Shown: positions 39,708 through 49,255, numbered from the whole stretch's first letter. The stretch: DNA of 62,937 nucleotides, filler included, from 5 parts of 5 records of this genome joined end to end with filler, not necessarily neighbours in it, one strand, 5' to 3'. The notes: generated by a model not told the origin, from the sequence alone. Numbers and translations: made by a program.

Positions 39708-40282
39708 ATTGAATCCAGCTCTTTTTTAACTTTTTTCAAATCTTGCCAAGTCAACCATTTTGGTTTCCCTTTTTCTTTTGAGGGATTTCTTAATAAGTAG
39801 GCTGGATGAAAGATGGGCATAAATTTTACTTCATTTTTTACAACCCATGAACCTCTGATTTTTGTAATGGGTTCTTTTATTCCCAAGTAGCCTTCAACAG
39901 CAGTAGAACCTGCAAGAATAACAATCGCTGGTTTCAGGTATTCAATTTGAGTATCTAGCCAAGAGATACAACTTTTAATTTCTGAGCTACTAGGTCTTCT
40001 ATTTTCTGGAGGCCTGCATTTCACAATATTTGTTATATAGCAATCATTTAAAGGGTCAATGTCAACAGACTCTAATACAGCATCCAGCATTTTTCCGGCT
40101 CGACCCACAAATGGAAAGCCAGTAATATCCTCTTTTTCCCCAGGAGCCTCACCTATAATAAACATTTTTGCTTCAGGATTACCTTTAGCAACTACAACAT
40201 TATTTCTGCTTGATGAAAGATTACAAGATTTACATTTTCTACAGGCAGAATGAATTTCTTTGATGTTTCGAAAATTTTTCAT
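39704..40282 (-). CDS. Uracil-DNA glycosylase family 4
   Basis: Fe-S cysteines CKSC, GEAPG, PFVGRAG, KCRPPENR, HPAYLLR. Confidence 0.95.
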   Translation of the reverse strand: MKNFRNIKEIHSACRKCKSCNLSSSRNNVVVAKGNPEAKMFIIGEAPGEKEDITGFPFVGRAGKMLDAVLESVDIDPLNDCYITNIVKCRPPENRRPSSSEIKSCISWLDTQIEYLKPAIVILAGSTAVEGYLGIKEPITKIRGSWVVKNEVKFMPIFHPAYLLRNPSKEKGKPKWLTWQDLKKVKKELDSI

Positions 40283-40606
40283 AAATTAATTCTAATCAGA
40301 GTTAATTTCGATACCCCTCAGAAGCTAGAGCCTTGAGGAGGGAGTATACGTACCAACAAAGGGAGTTTCATTGAGTAACACTAACTATAAAAATGCTGCG
40401 TAAAAAGTATGTAAGAGTAAGGTAACTAAAAATTAAACGCCAGAAATGAGAAAACCCTTGAATACTCCGCTTAATCTGTTTCCAGACTTAACTTGCTTCA
40501 AGGGTTATCTCTAACCCTTCTTGTAATGATCTTCTATAAAGATTTTCTTCACAAAAAGTTAATATAAATATATAAAAAAATTGAATAAAAATCAAAAAAA
40601 AATTAG

Positions 40607-41536
40607 TTAATTTTTCCCACTTTTTTTTCTCAAAAATAAGGTACTCGCCCCTGTTATTACTAAAACTCCAAAAAGTGCACTTACAATTGTTGATAAGAAG
40701 GTATTGTTTATACTTGATATGCCATAATCTTCTAAAAGTAAGACTATGCCATCAGTTTCTTGAAATCCAAAATCACTTGCTACAGACTCTAAACCATCAG
40801 GTGATGAAGAGGCATAGGGTGTAATCAAGGTTAGTGACAAAATTAGTATTATGAATATCCCGTATGATGTTGAAATATTATTAGAGCTACTTTTTTTTGT
40901 GTTAACATAAACCAAATCAGATCTAACCCTTAAAAGAAGAGAAATTATGAGGGCAGTTATTATTCCTTCTCCCAAACCTATAAATAAATGAGTAGAAATC
41001 ATAGCTACTAAGACACTTCCTAGAGGAACAGAGACGGTTCCACCAATTGCATACTCTAGTACAAATGCGATTGAGGAGAAAACAACTGAAAAGAGTCCTG
41101 CAACTACAGAGCCACTTATTAAAGAAACTCGAGAGTCTCCAAAAACTTTCTTCCAAAAAGTAATACTCAACCAACCAGTTAAAGAAGTAACAATGGCCAT
41201 GTTGAGTACGTTAACTCCTAAAGCACTGAGCCCACCATCAGCAAATAAAAGAGACTGGATAATTACTACAATTGAAATACATATAACTCCAAGACTTGGC
41301 CCAAGTACAATTACTGCAAGTGCACCGCCTAGCAAATGTCCACTGGTTCCAGCAGCTATAGGAAAATTTATCATCTGTAGTACGAAAATAAGAGCAGACA
41401 TCACACCTGTAAGAGCTATTAATTTATCCGCGACTAAATTTTTAGCACTTTTTATATAAGCCCACAACGTTGCGAAACTAATAAGTCCAGTAGCTGCAGA
41501 AACTTGGGCGTTTATAAATCCATCAGGTACATGCAT
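40607..41536 (-). CDS. cbiM: ECF-type Co/Ni transporter S component (CbiM) fused to PDGLE domain
   Basis: Metal-binding N-terminus MHVPDGF, GTSGHLLGG, ADGGLSALG, ASSSPDGLE. Confidence 0.9.
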   Translation of the reverse strand: MHVPDGFINAQVSAATGLISFATLWAYIKSAKNLVADKLIALTGVMSALIFVLQMINFPIAAGTSGHLLGGALAVIVLGPSLGVICISIVVIIQSLLFADGGLSALGVNVLNMAIVTSLTGWLSITFWKKVFGDSRVSLISGSVVAGLFSVVFSSIAFVLEYAIGGTVSVPLGSVLVAMISTHLFIGLGEGIITALIISLLLRVRSDLVYVNTKKSSSNNISTSYGIFIILILSLTLITPYASSSPDGLESVASDFGFQETDGIVLLLEDYGISSINNTFLSTIVSALFGVLVITGASTLFLRKKSGKN

Positions 41537-41595
41537 GATAATATTCTAGACAAAGGTTTCCTTATTGCAAATTATTTGCAATAAACGACAGCTGC

Positions 41596-42336
41596 CTAAA
41601 CCAGGTTGTTTTCCTTTAGCCATTCAAATATTTCACTAAGAACAAATGGTCTTGTATCCTGATTTAGAATCTCATGTTTAGAATTATTAACTTCAACAAA
41701 TTTAACATTATCAAGTTTTGAAATAGCTCTGCATCCAGAAATAGGAACAATTTTGTCATCTTTTCCGTGTAATACAATGGTTGGTATATTTAATTTATCG
41801 ATATTTGCGTTAACATATTTTTGAGCTTCTGTAATTAAATATCCAAACCTAAATGATAAGCTTCTGTACACCAGTGGGTCGTTGAAGTAATCTTCTACAA
41901 CACTTGAATCAGTTGATAAATTTCTTTTACTAACTGGTGATGGAGCTCGTAGTTTTGGTGCTATAGAAGCCAATGGTTTCGATAAGCTTCTAATCACTTT
42001 GGGATAGTTGTCTTCAAACAATGGTGCAGAAAGTATTAAGTAATCCGGAGAGACAATTTTTTTTAATACTGAGTATGTAGCCACTAAACCCCCATAAGAG
42101 TGACCAATCAATATTCTTTTATCAAAATTACTAATACCATTAAAGGCTTCTAAGATTGCTGAATCATTTTTTTCCCACGACTCAATATCACCTTTATTTA
42201 CTTCTTCAGCACCATGTCCAGGTAAATCAATTAAAGTAGTTTCAATTTTTAAATTATTAAACCAGTCAGCATTAATTTGATGTCGATCTTTATGCTCAAA
42301 TAAACCATGTAGCATTAAAGCTGCAGTATTTCCCAA
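41596..42336 (-). CDS. Alpha/beta hydrolase (lysophospholipase/monoglyceride lipase-like)
   Basis: HGLFEH, DLPGHG, GHSYGG, HGKDDKIV, HEILN. Confidence 0.9.
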   Translation of the reverse strand: MGNTAALMLHGLFEHKDRHQINADWFNNLKIETTLIDLPGHGAEEVNKGDIESWEKNDSAILEAFNGISNFDKRILIGHSYGGLVATYSVLKKIVSPDYLILSAPLFEDNYPKVIRSLSKPLASIAPKLRAPSPVSKRNLSTDSSVVEDYFNDPLVYRSLSFRFGYLITEAQKYVNANIDKLNIPTIVLHGKDDKIVPISGCRAISKLDNVKFVEVNNSKHEILNQDTRPFVLSEIFEWLKENNLV

Positions 42337-42366
42337 TTAAGTCCTTTCTCTATAAAATTAATACTA

Positions 42367-43086
42367 ATGAATTTAGATTTTGTTAAGGTCCCGTTTACAA
42401 ATAACCCCTCCATGACACGACTAGAAGGAGGAGCTTACAACAAGAATCCCAATCAAGAATATTTGTTAACTAAAAAGAAGGAATTAGATTTAAAGAAAGA
42501 GCATTTATGTGGTGAGTCTGAGTTGTCAACAAAATTAGACCTTCGAAAAAAAATAACAGAATATTTAGAAATAGAAGACAACAAAAGCCTATTAGATCTA
42601 ACTATGTCAGTAGAGGAAGACTTTGCTCTCATGTATGAGGGAAAAATGGAAATTGTTTCTGTTTGTTTTCCTAGCGGGTGGATTCCTATAAAAAAATTAG
42701 GTGAAAATTTGTTAGGAATACACAAACCAGTTGCTGACAATAGCCAGCTTCTTAAATCTAGTGAAAAATTAACTGAATATATGTGCAAGCAAAGCATCAA
42801 GAGATGGGTTTGGACATTAACAACATATTCAGAACTAAGTAATTTTCCTGGATATAAAAAACCTAAAGTAGATAAGTTTGAAAATCTTTTTTTTAGACTA
42901 GAAACGCAGACTTCAGTACCACTCGACGGAAAGACTAGTTTATTTTTTATAAAAGTCGAGGTTTTGCCTTTAACTGAAATATGGACCATAAAAATTCTAG
43001 AAAGCATCAACTCCATGTCAGAAAATATTTTAAACTATAAAGATCTTCAACAAATTAAAAAACTATTAAATACAATAAAGCTATGA
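42367..43086 (+). CDS. Heme-dependent oxidative N-demethylase family (DUF3445) protein
   Basis: EEDFALM, VCFPSGW..KLG..IHKPV, RWVW, RLETQ. Confidence 0.8.
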   Translation: MNLDFVKVPFTNNPSMTRLEGGAYNKNPNQEYLLTKKKELDLKKEHLCGESELSTKLDLRKKITEYLEIEDNKSLLDLTMSVEEDFALMYEGKMEIVSVCFPSGWIPIKKLGENLLGIHKPVADNSQLLKSSEKLTEYMCKQSIKRWVWTLTTYSELSNFPGYKKPKVDKFENLFFRLETQTSVPLDGKTSLFFIKVEVLPLTEIWTIKILESINSMSENILNYKDLQQIKKLLNTIKL

Positions 43087-43496
43087 ATAAAGTTTATATT
43101 GCAGGCCCCTTATTTGACGATCATGAAAGAAGCTACTTAGAAAATATTTCAGCTATTTTAGAAAAATATTCCTACGAAACATTTTTACCTCATCGTGATG
43201 CTGGACTTGTAAAGGGTGAATTTACCCAAGAAAAGAAAAGTAATATTTTCAACTCTGACATGGAGTTCTTACAATCAGCCGATATCGTCGTAGCTTTATT
43301 AACAGGAAGAGACGTTGACTCTGGAACATCTGCAGAAATTGGTTTTGCATTCGCTACCGGTAAAGTTTTGATTGGAATTAACGCAAACAATATTAAAGAA
43401 CTCAATAACTTTATATGGGGTCTTTTCGATTACGGGAATAATATATTTAATAGCTTGGAAGACCTTGAAGAGCATATCAGCAATTTGAAGGCTTAA
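43083..43496 (+). CDS. Nucleoside 2-deoxyribosyltransferase / N-glycosidase family
   Basis: VYIAGPLF, FLPH, IFNSD, DSGTSAEIGFA; ATGA overlap with upstream gene. Confidence 0.88.
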   Translation: MNKVYIAGPLFDDHERSYLENISAILEKYSYETFLPHRDAGLVKGEFTQEKKSNIFNSDMEFLQSADIVVALLTGRDVDSGTSAEIGFAFATGKVLIGINANNIKELNNFIWGLFDYGNNIFNSLEDLEEHISNLKA

Positions 43497-43924
43497 TACT
43501 TGCTAAGGAAATCCGATAACTCTTTTTTAGATTCTAAAACTTTTTCATCACTGATTTCTTGATCACCAGCTATCGGACAACCATTATTTTGTTTATATAG
43601 AGAGTTTATTTGTTGATAAACAGAGGCTCTTGTCTCGAGATATTTTTTATAAATATTTTGATGATCAAAATTTTCATTCATTTCTTCAAAAAATACAGCT
43701 CTATCGTCTTCAACAAGAGCATCAGAAAGATTATTAATATAATCATTTAGTTCAAAGCTTGTCTCAAAAAGTTGATTAGATAAAGAAATATATTCTTTTT
43801 CAACTTTTTCGCAAACAGAGAGCTCCACTTCCACAGTAGTTGTCGTAGTTTCAGAGGTACTTTCACTGGAGCTGGAAGTACACGATGTAATAAAAATAAC
43901 TAAAAGCAATCTTTTCATATGCAT
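43493..43924 (-). CDS. Hypothetical lipoprotein
   Basis: MKRLLLVIFITSC signal, Ser/Thr linker, helical Cys-pair domain. Confidence 0.75.
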   Translation of the reverse strand: MHMKRLLLVIFITSCTSSSSESTSETTTTTVEVELSVCEKVEKEYISLSNQLFETSFELNDYINNLSDALVEDDRAVFFEEMNENFDHQNIYKKYLETRASVYQQINSLYKQNNGCPIAGDQEISDEKVLESKKELSDFLSKY

Positions 43925-43927
43925 TTT

Positions 43928-44194
43928 CTAATTATATTTATTGTTTCTTTCTGAGAAAATTAAATAAAGGATTATTCCTGTAAAAATTGTTGTTAAAGAA
44001 TTTGTTACCATCAAAGGGTAATCGTTTAAATGTAATCCATAAATAAACCAAGACAAAGATCCTAAAAATAAGAATAAGTAAGTTAAAAGAGACAGTCCTG
44101 CCGTTTCTCTTGTTCTAACAGTTTTAATTGCCTGTGGTAAGAATGAAACTGCAGTAAAAAAAGCTGCAAAATAGCCGAAAATTATTAAATTCAT
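43928..44194 (-). CDS. SemiSWEET (PQ-loop) transporter
   Basis: SFLPQAIKTVRTRETAGLS, W.IYG, 3 TM, 88 aa. Confidence 0.92.
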   Translation of the reverse strand: MNLIIFGYFAAFFTAVSFLPQAIKTVRTRETAGLSLLTYLFLFLGSLSWFIYGLHLNDYPLMVTNSLTTIFTGIILYLIFSERNNKYN

Positions 44195-44274
44195 TATGGA
44201 AGTGTAGCTCGTTTATGGGTTTTAGAATTAATATATATTTAAAAGCTTTTAATTTTAGATTAAAAAAAATATAG

Positions 44275-44302
44275 TGGGCCTAGCTAGATTTGAACTAGCG
44301 AC
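44275..44302 (-). tRNA. tRNA 3' fragment (possibly Ile), no encoded CCA
   Basis: GTCGCTAGTTCAAATCTAGCTAGGCCCA: T-arm and acceptor strand; anticodon outside contig. Confidence 0.75.
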
Positions 44303-44402
44303 NNNNNNNNNNNNNNNNNNNNNNNNNNNNNNNNNNNNNNNNNNNNTTAATTAATTAANNNNNNNNNNNNNNNNNNNNNNNNNNNNNNNNNNNNNNNNNN
44401 NN
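44303..44402. other. Artificial contig linker
   Basis: 44 N + TTAATTAATTAA + 44 N. Confidence 0.99.
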
Positions 44403-44432
44403 GCCGAGTGATACTAATTACCCGTAGGCCTA
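44403..44432 (+). rRNA. rrl: 23S rRNA, extreme 3' end
   Basis: GCCGAGTGATACTAATTACCCGTAGGC resembles the Bacteroidetes 23S terminus; about 120 nt before 5S. Confidence 0.8.
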
Positions 44433-44550
44433 TCGTGCAACTTTTTCTTACTATTGTTTTTTATACAATGCTATTTTTAAATCTTAAATTTTAATATGTT
44501 AACTTATTGTGTTTTACTATGTAAAACAACTCACATTATGTGAGAAACTC

Positions 44551-44659
44551 TAGGGTGGTTATTGCATTAGGGCTCACCTCTTCCCATTTCGAACAGAGAA
44601 GTTAAGCCTAATAGCGCAGATGGTACTGCCATTTGGTGGGAGAGTATGTCACCGCCTTC
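44551..44659 (+). rRNA. rrf: 5S rRNA
   Basis: AGGGTGGT...CACCTCTTCCCATTTCGAACAGAGAAGTTAAGCC...GCAGATGGTACTGC...GGGAGAGTATGTCACCGCCTT. Confidence 0.96.
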
Positions 44660-44663
44660 TTCG

Positions 44664-44698
44664 AATCCCAGTCATTTATTTGACTGGGATTTTTTTTT
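44664..44698. terminator. Terminator after rrn operon
   Basis: AATCCCAGTCA-TTTATT-TGACTGGGATT + T-run. Confidence 0.88.
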
Positions 44699-45409
44699 AA
44701 AAATAATTATAAGACGCGGAGATTTCTTTTCAACAAACTGATTTAAATCATAATCGCCAAATAGTTCAATAATTTCAAGATTTGTTTTTTTAAAATATTC
44801 TTCAAAATCTTTTAAAGACAAAGTGTTTACAGATTCCTTGAATTTATAATCTTTGTTCTTGTCATTAAACGATATTTCTTTCGTTACTGATATCTTATTA
44901 ATCTTTCTTTTGATATTGAATTTTAGATCATCTATTATAACTTGCTCATCTTTTACTAGATTTACCTTTACGGTTTTTATGTTTAAAAAATCTATAACAC
45001 CAATCCCATTATCTTTTAAATTTTTTTCTAATGATAAAAGTATTTCTAAATCTTTTTCTCTTTCATAATATCCAAAACTTGTAAATAGATTCAATACTAC
45101 ATCAAATTCTGTATTAAGTGGTTTCGAGATATCATGCACTTTAAATTTGAGATTAGAATTCTCAAATTTTTTTGCAAATTTTATACTATTATTTGATAAA
45201 TCTATTCCTGTTACTTTATGTCCTAATTTTTCAATTTCTATTGAGTGTCTCCCTTTTCCACACCCAGCGTCTAATACTTTTGAATATGAATTTAGATTTA
45301 TATGTTTTAAAAGTTTTTTTATAAAAACTTTAGCTTCCTTGTGATTTCTGTTTTTATACAAAATATGATAGTATTTTGAGTCAAACCAGTTGTTGTATTT
45401 AGTATTCAA
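44672..45409 (-). CDS. Class I SAM-dependent methyltransferase
   Basis: WFDSKYYHILYKNR, LDAGCGKGRH, NLFTSFGY. Confidence 0.9.
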   Translation of the reverse strand: MNTKYNNWFDSKYYHILYKNRNHKEAKVFIKKLLKHINLNSYSKVLDAGCGKGRHSIEIEKLGHKVTGIDLSNNSIKFAKKFENSNLKFKVHDISKPLNTEFDVVLNLFTSFGYYEREKDLEILLSLEKNLKDNGIGVIDFLNIKTVKVNLVKDEQVIIDDLKFNIKRKINKISVTKEISFNDKNKDYKFKESVNTLSLKDFEEYFKKTNLEIIELFGDYDLNQFVEKKSPRLIIIFKKKSQSNK

Positions 45410-45467
45410 ATCTATTTATGTTTTCTTTGTTGATTGGTTCAAAAATAAAGTATTTTTAATGATAATT

Positions 45468-46634
45468 ATGAGTGATAATAATGATTTTAAAATGGTTGCT
45501 AAAACTTTCTTTGGCTTAGAAGATGTTCTTTCTGACGAGCTATTAACTTTAGGAGCTAAAAAAATAGAAAAAGGTGTTAGAAATGTAAGTTTCTTTGGTG
45601 ATTTAGGTTTTCTTTATAAATGTAATTTGTCTTTAAGGACTGCTATTAGAATTTTAAAACCAATTGCTTTTTTTAATGTAAATGATGAAAAGGAGTTATA
45701 TAGTTCCTTTTATAATTTTAATTGGGAAGACTTTTTATCATTAGATCTTACTTTTTCTATTGAATCTGTTTTAAATTCTGATTTTTTTTCTCATTCACTT
45801 TTCGTTTCACAAAAAGCAAAAGATGGAATAGTTGACAGGTTCAGGAAATTATATAAAAGGCGCCCTAATGTAGACTCTATTAACCCTGATATTAAGATAA
45901 ATATTCACATAAGGGATAGTAAATGCACAGTTTCTTTAGATTCCTCTGGAAAACCATTAAACCAAAGAGGTTATCGTTCACAAACAAATATTGCTCCAAT
46001 TAATGAAGTGTTAGCTGCAGGTATAATATTATTAAGTGATTGGGATTTAGAATCAGATTTTTTAGATCCTATGTGCGGAAGTGGTACATTCTTAATTGAG
46101 GCTGCTATGCTAGCTACTAATTATCCTCCAAATATTAAAAGATCAAATTTTTCTTTTAAAAATTGGAATGATTTTGATTTAGATTTATTTGTAATGATTA
46201 CTAAGTCTGTACAAAGTAAAATTAAACCTTATAATAATAAAATTTCAGGTTTTGATAAATCCCCCTCTGCAATTTCGAAGTGTAATCAAAATATAATTAA
46301 TGCAGGACTTGATGATGTTATTTCTATTTCTAAAGAAGACTTCTTTAGGTCGAAAAAAAATAATGATGATTTTCTTCATTTAGTTTTTAATCCACCTTAT
46401 GGAGAGAGGTTAAGGATAGATATAGAATCTTTTTATAAAAAAATAGGAGATAAACTTAAAACTGATTATTCTAATTCTAATGCTTGGTTTATTACCTCGA
46501 GTGTTGAGGCTTTAAAATACGTTGGACTTAGACCATCAAGAAAAATTAAACTTTTTAATGGAAAATTAGAAAGTAGATTAGCTAAATATGAAATTTATAG
46601 TGGCTCAAAAAAAGCGAAAAAAAATATTTATTAA
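45468..46634 (+). CDS. THUMP-domain RNA methyltransferase (RlmL/YpsC-like)
   Basis: KMVAKTFFGLE, LDSSG..L.QRGYR, DPMCGSGT, NPPYGER. Confidence 0.92.
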   Translation: MSDNNDFKMVAKTFFGLEDVLSDELLTLGAKKIEKGVRNVSFFGDLGFLYKCNLSLRTAIRILKPIAFFNVNDEKELYSSFYNFNWEDFLSLDLTFSIESVLNSDFFSHSLFVSQKAKDGIVDRFRKLYKRRPNVDSINPDIKINIHIRDSKCTVSLDSSGKPLNQRGYRSQTNIAPINEVLAAGIILLSDWDLESDFLDPMCGSGTFLIEAAMLATNYPPNIKRSNFSFKNWNDFDLDLFVMITKSVQSKIKPYNNKISGFDKSPSAISKCNQNIINAGLDDVISISKEDFFRSKKNNDDFLHLVFNPPYGERLRIDIESFYKKIGDKLKTDYSNSNAWFITSSVEALKYVGLRPSRKIKLFNGKLESRLAKYEIYSGSKKAKKNIY

Positions 46635-47323
46635 TTTTTTACTTTTCTAAAAAATGGAATTTGATATTGTATTGTATATGAAAATCCAACTCCAACATTA
46701 TTATTTTCAAGAACTTTATTAAATCCCGGAATATAAAGATTATTAAAATTATTAGGAGTTTTTTGACTTAAAAGTCTATTTACTTTTAAGTTTAAACCCA
46801 TATACAGATTTTTGACTACTTGAGCGTTAAAGCCAACTATAAATTCTAACCAACTAGCAATTAGATTATCATGAGATATTGGGTTTTTAATATTATTTTG
46901 ACTCCAATATTGATCAGTATTATAAATAGTAAATGAATTTATTTGGTGATCAAATTGTGCTGAACCAAATCTAAAACCAATATATATTTCATTTTCTAGA
47001 TCCTGTATGTTTTTAAATATATTATAGTTTATTCCGGTTTTAAAAAAGGATCCTTTAGTATTGAAATTTAAAACTTCATTTTCAACTAATTTTTCTTCAC
47101 TACCAATTTCAAATGCGATATAAATTTTTTCAGAAAATCTATAATCTCCAATTAACACTAAACCTTTATAATCTGGTTCAGTCAACATTCTAATTTGTTT
47201 GCTTAAGTCAATTCCGAATTTCAACCCATATGTTGATTTATATAGACTGTCTTTAGTTTTTTCTTGTGAAAAATTACTCAAACATAAAGTTAGAGTTAAA
47301 AAACTAATGAAATATTTTAACAT
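46631..47323 (-). CDS. Bacteroidetes beta-barrel-like protein (DUF6048-like)
   Basis: Signal peptide, YGLKFGIDLS, NLYIPGFN, terminal Y.IQYQIP; neighbour of DUF6452/rlmD. Confidence 0.75.
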   Translation of the reverse strand: MLKYFISFLTLTLCLSNFSQEKTKDSLYKSTYGLKFGIDLSKQIRMLTEPDYKGLVLIGDYRFSEKIYIAFEIGSEEKLVENEVLNFNTKGSFFKTGINYNIFKNIQDLENEIYIGFRFGSAQFDHQINSFTIYNTDQYWSQNNIKNPISHDNLIASWLEFIVGFNAQVVKNLYMGLNLKVNRLLSQKTPNNFNNLYIPGFNKVLENNNVGVGFSYTIQYQIPFFRKVKN

Positions 47324-47786
47324 GTATATTTTTTTCATCAATAATATTAGTTTCAATTATTTCAGTATTTAATATCCAATTTTCAGAATCATTTTTAATG
47401 ATTATATCTTGAATATCATATGTTGTGATAAACCCACACGCTCTACTTATGTAATTCCAATTGTAGTTATAATTAAAATAAATCTTGTCCTCATTTCCTG
47501 AATTAGATGTATTTTCATTAAAATCTTTTGTCAATGTGTAAACTGTTAAATTTTCTGAATTTTTTAAAGGAATTCCTATTGAGTCAATAGTTTGATAAGT
47601 ATAAATTTCTTGGTTTGAAAGTCCTTGAATTTTTAAATTATTAACTTCTTTTAATTCACCTGTATTTTGGTCATAAAAACCTAAAATAAGTTTTGGAGTG
47701 TCTTCTATTGAACTAAGACATATATCATCTGGCTCACAGGAAAGTAAAAATAGAAATAAGCAGATTAATAAAGATTTATTTTTCAA
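47304..47786 (-). CDS. Lipoprotein (DUF6452-like)
   Basis: LLSCEPDDIC, TPKLIL.FYD, YISRACGF, HVKIFH. Confidence 0.78.
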   Translation of the reverse strand: MKNKSLLICLFLFLLSCEPDDICLSSIEDTPKLILGFYDQNTGELKEVNNLKIQGLSNQEIYTYQTIDSIGIPLKNSENLTVYTLTKDFNENTSNSGNEDKIYFNYNYNWNYISRACGFITTYDIQDIIIKNDSENWILNTEIIETNIIDEKNIHVKIFH

Positions 47787-47791
47787 TGACG

Positions 47792-49186
47792 TTATTTTAG
47801 TTCCAAAAGTACAATATTTTCAACATGATCAGTATGAGGAAACATATCTAGTGGCTGAACCTTTACCATATTATATTTTTCTTTTAATATTTCTAAATCT
47901 CTACATTGTGTTGAAGGATTACAGCTTACGTAAACTATTTTGGGTGTATTAAGTTTCAAAATTTCTTTTATAACATCCTTGTGCATTCCTTCTCTTGGGG
48001 GATCAGTAATAATCACATCAGGTTTACCGTGTTTTAAAATAAAGTTTTTGGTGAAAACATTTTTCATATCACCAAATTCAAAAACAACATTATTAATCTT
48101 ATTTTCTTTAGCACTATTAGTCGCAGAGATTACAGCTTCTTCAACACTTTCAACTCCTATAACTTTTTTAGATTGTTTCGCAACAAATTGGGAAATTGTT
48201 CCCAAACCAGAGTAGAGATCATAAACAATTTCGTTTTTTTTAATTTTCGCATAGTCTTGTATGATTTCGTATAACTTTAAAGTTTGTTGAATATTGGTTT
48301 GAAAAAAAGACTTTGGATAAATTTTGAATATTAATGAATTAATTTTTTCTTCTATATAATTTTTTCCATTAAACAGTTTTATATCTCTATCATAGATGCT
48401 GTCATTTTCTTTATCATTAACAGTGTAGAGAAGTGAATGAATTTCATCAAATGACTCTTTAAGAAACTGCATTACTAGATTTATATTTTTTTTATCGTTT
48501 TCAAAAAATTGAACCAGAACCATAAATTGATTCATACTGGTATTTCTTATTGTCAAAGTTCTAAGTAATCCTTTTTTTAATCTTGTATTGTAAAAGGAAA
48601 TATTGTTTTTAATTGCAAATTGTTTTAATGATAATCTAATTTTATTTGATGGTTCGATTTGAAGGTGACATTTTTCAACATCTACAATTTTATCCCACAT
48701 TCCTGCTTTGTGAAAACCAATTCCTCTTCTATCAATTTTGTTATCAGAATTTTTAATTTCAGCTTCTGTTAACCATTTGTTATCAGTAAAAGAGAATTCA
48801 AGTTTATTTCTATAAAAAAATTGATTATCGCACCTTATAATAGGGTTTATTTTAGCATCATTAAAGATTCTTGTTATTGAATGTTTGATTTTATCTTCTT
48901 TTAACTCGGTTTGTGTATGATATGAAATATTTTGTAATTTACATCCTCCGCATACACCAAAATGTTTACATGTTGGATCAATCCTATTTTTTGAATATGA
49001 GTGGTATTTTATAATATTTCCTAAAAAATAATTTTTTTTCTTTCTGTAGGTTTTTATATCTACTACATCACCAGGTACCCCGTTTTTTACCATTAAAACT
49101 ATTCCTTCATCTGATTTAGCAATACTTTGTCCCTTTGATCCTAGATCAAAAATTTTAACCGATAGGAATATTTTGTTTTTTGACAT
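47792..49186 (-). CDS. rlmD: 23S rRNA (uracil-1939-C5) methyltransferase
   Basis: CKHFGVCGGC, YRNKLEFSF, SFFQTN, DPPREG, YVSCNPSTQ, DMFPHT.HVE. Confidence 0.95.
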   Translation of the reverse strand: MSKNKIFLSVKIFDLGSKGQSIAKSDEGIVLMVKNGVPGDVVDIKTYRKKKNYFLGNIIKYHSYSKNRIDPTCKHFGVCGGCKLQNISYHTQTELKEDKIKHSITRIFNDAKINPIIRCDNQFFYRNKLEFSFTDNKWLTEAEIKNSDNKIDRRGIGFHKAGMWDKIVDVEKCHLQIEPSNKIRLSLKQFAIKNNISFYNTRLKKGLLRTLTIRNTSMNQFMVLVQFFENDKKNINLVMQFLKESFDEIHSLLYTVNDKENDSIYDRDIKLFNGKNYIEEKINSLIFKIYPKSFFQTNIQQTLKLYEIIQDYAKIKKNEIVYDLYSGLGTISQFVAKQSKKVIGVESVEEAVISATNSAKENKINNVVFEFGDMKNVFTKNFILKHGKPDVIITDPPREGMHKDVIKEILKLNTPKIVYVSCNPSTQCRDLEILKEKYNMVKVQPLDMFPHTDHVENIVLLELK

Positions 49187-49190
49187 TCAG

Positions 49191-49198
49191 CAAATTTA
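49191..49198 (-). promoter_or_regulatory. Bacteroidetes -7 promoter element of rlmD
   Basis: TAAATTTG matches TAnnTTTG, 4 nt before ATG. Confidence 0.55.
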
Positions 49199-49255
49199 AA
49201 ATGAAAAAATAGATATTATTAATTATATTTAAATTAATCGTAAAAAAATTAGATT

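Noticed and set aside
40359-40403. AAGGGAG + TTG AGT AAC ACT AAC TAT AAA AAT GCT GCG TAA, a peptide ending NYKNAA like a tmRNA tag
   Set aside because: No tRNA-like domain (no GGGG acceptor 5' end, T-loop or CCA end) nearby, so not called tmRNA.
40283-40606. Cobalamin or NiCo riboswitch associated with cbiM
   Set aside because: Region is downstream of cbiM and lacks B12-box or NiCo conserved motifs.
42453-43016. 187-aa antisense ORF (and other short ORFs nested in or antisense to genes, e.g. 4032-4451, 18614-19048, 27764-28144, 37509-37913, 59088-59598)
   Set aside because: Shadow frames of well-supported genes with no motifs of their own.
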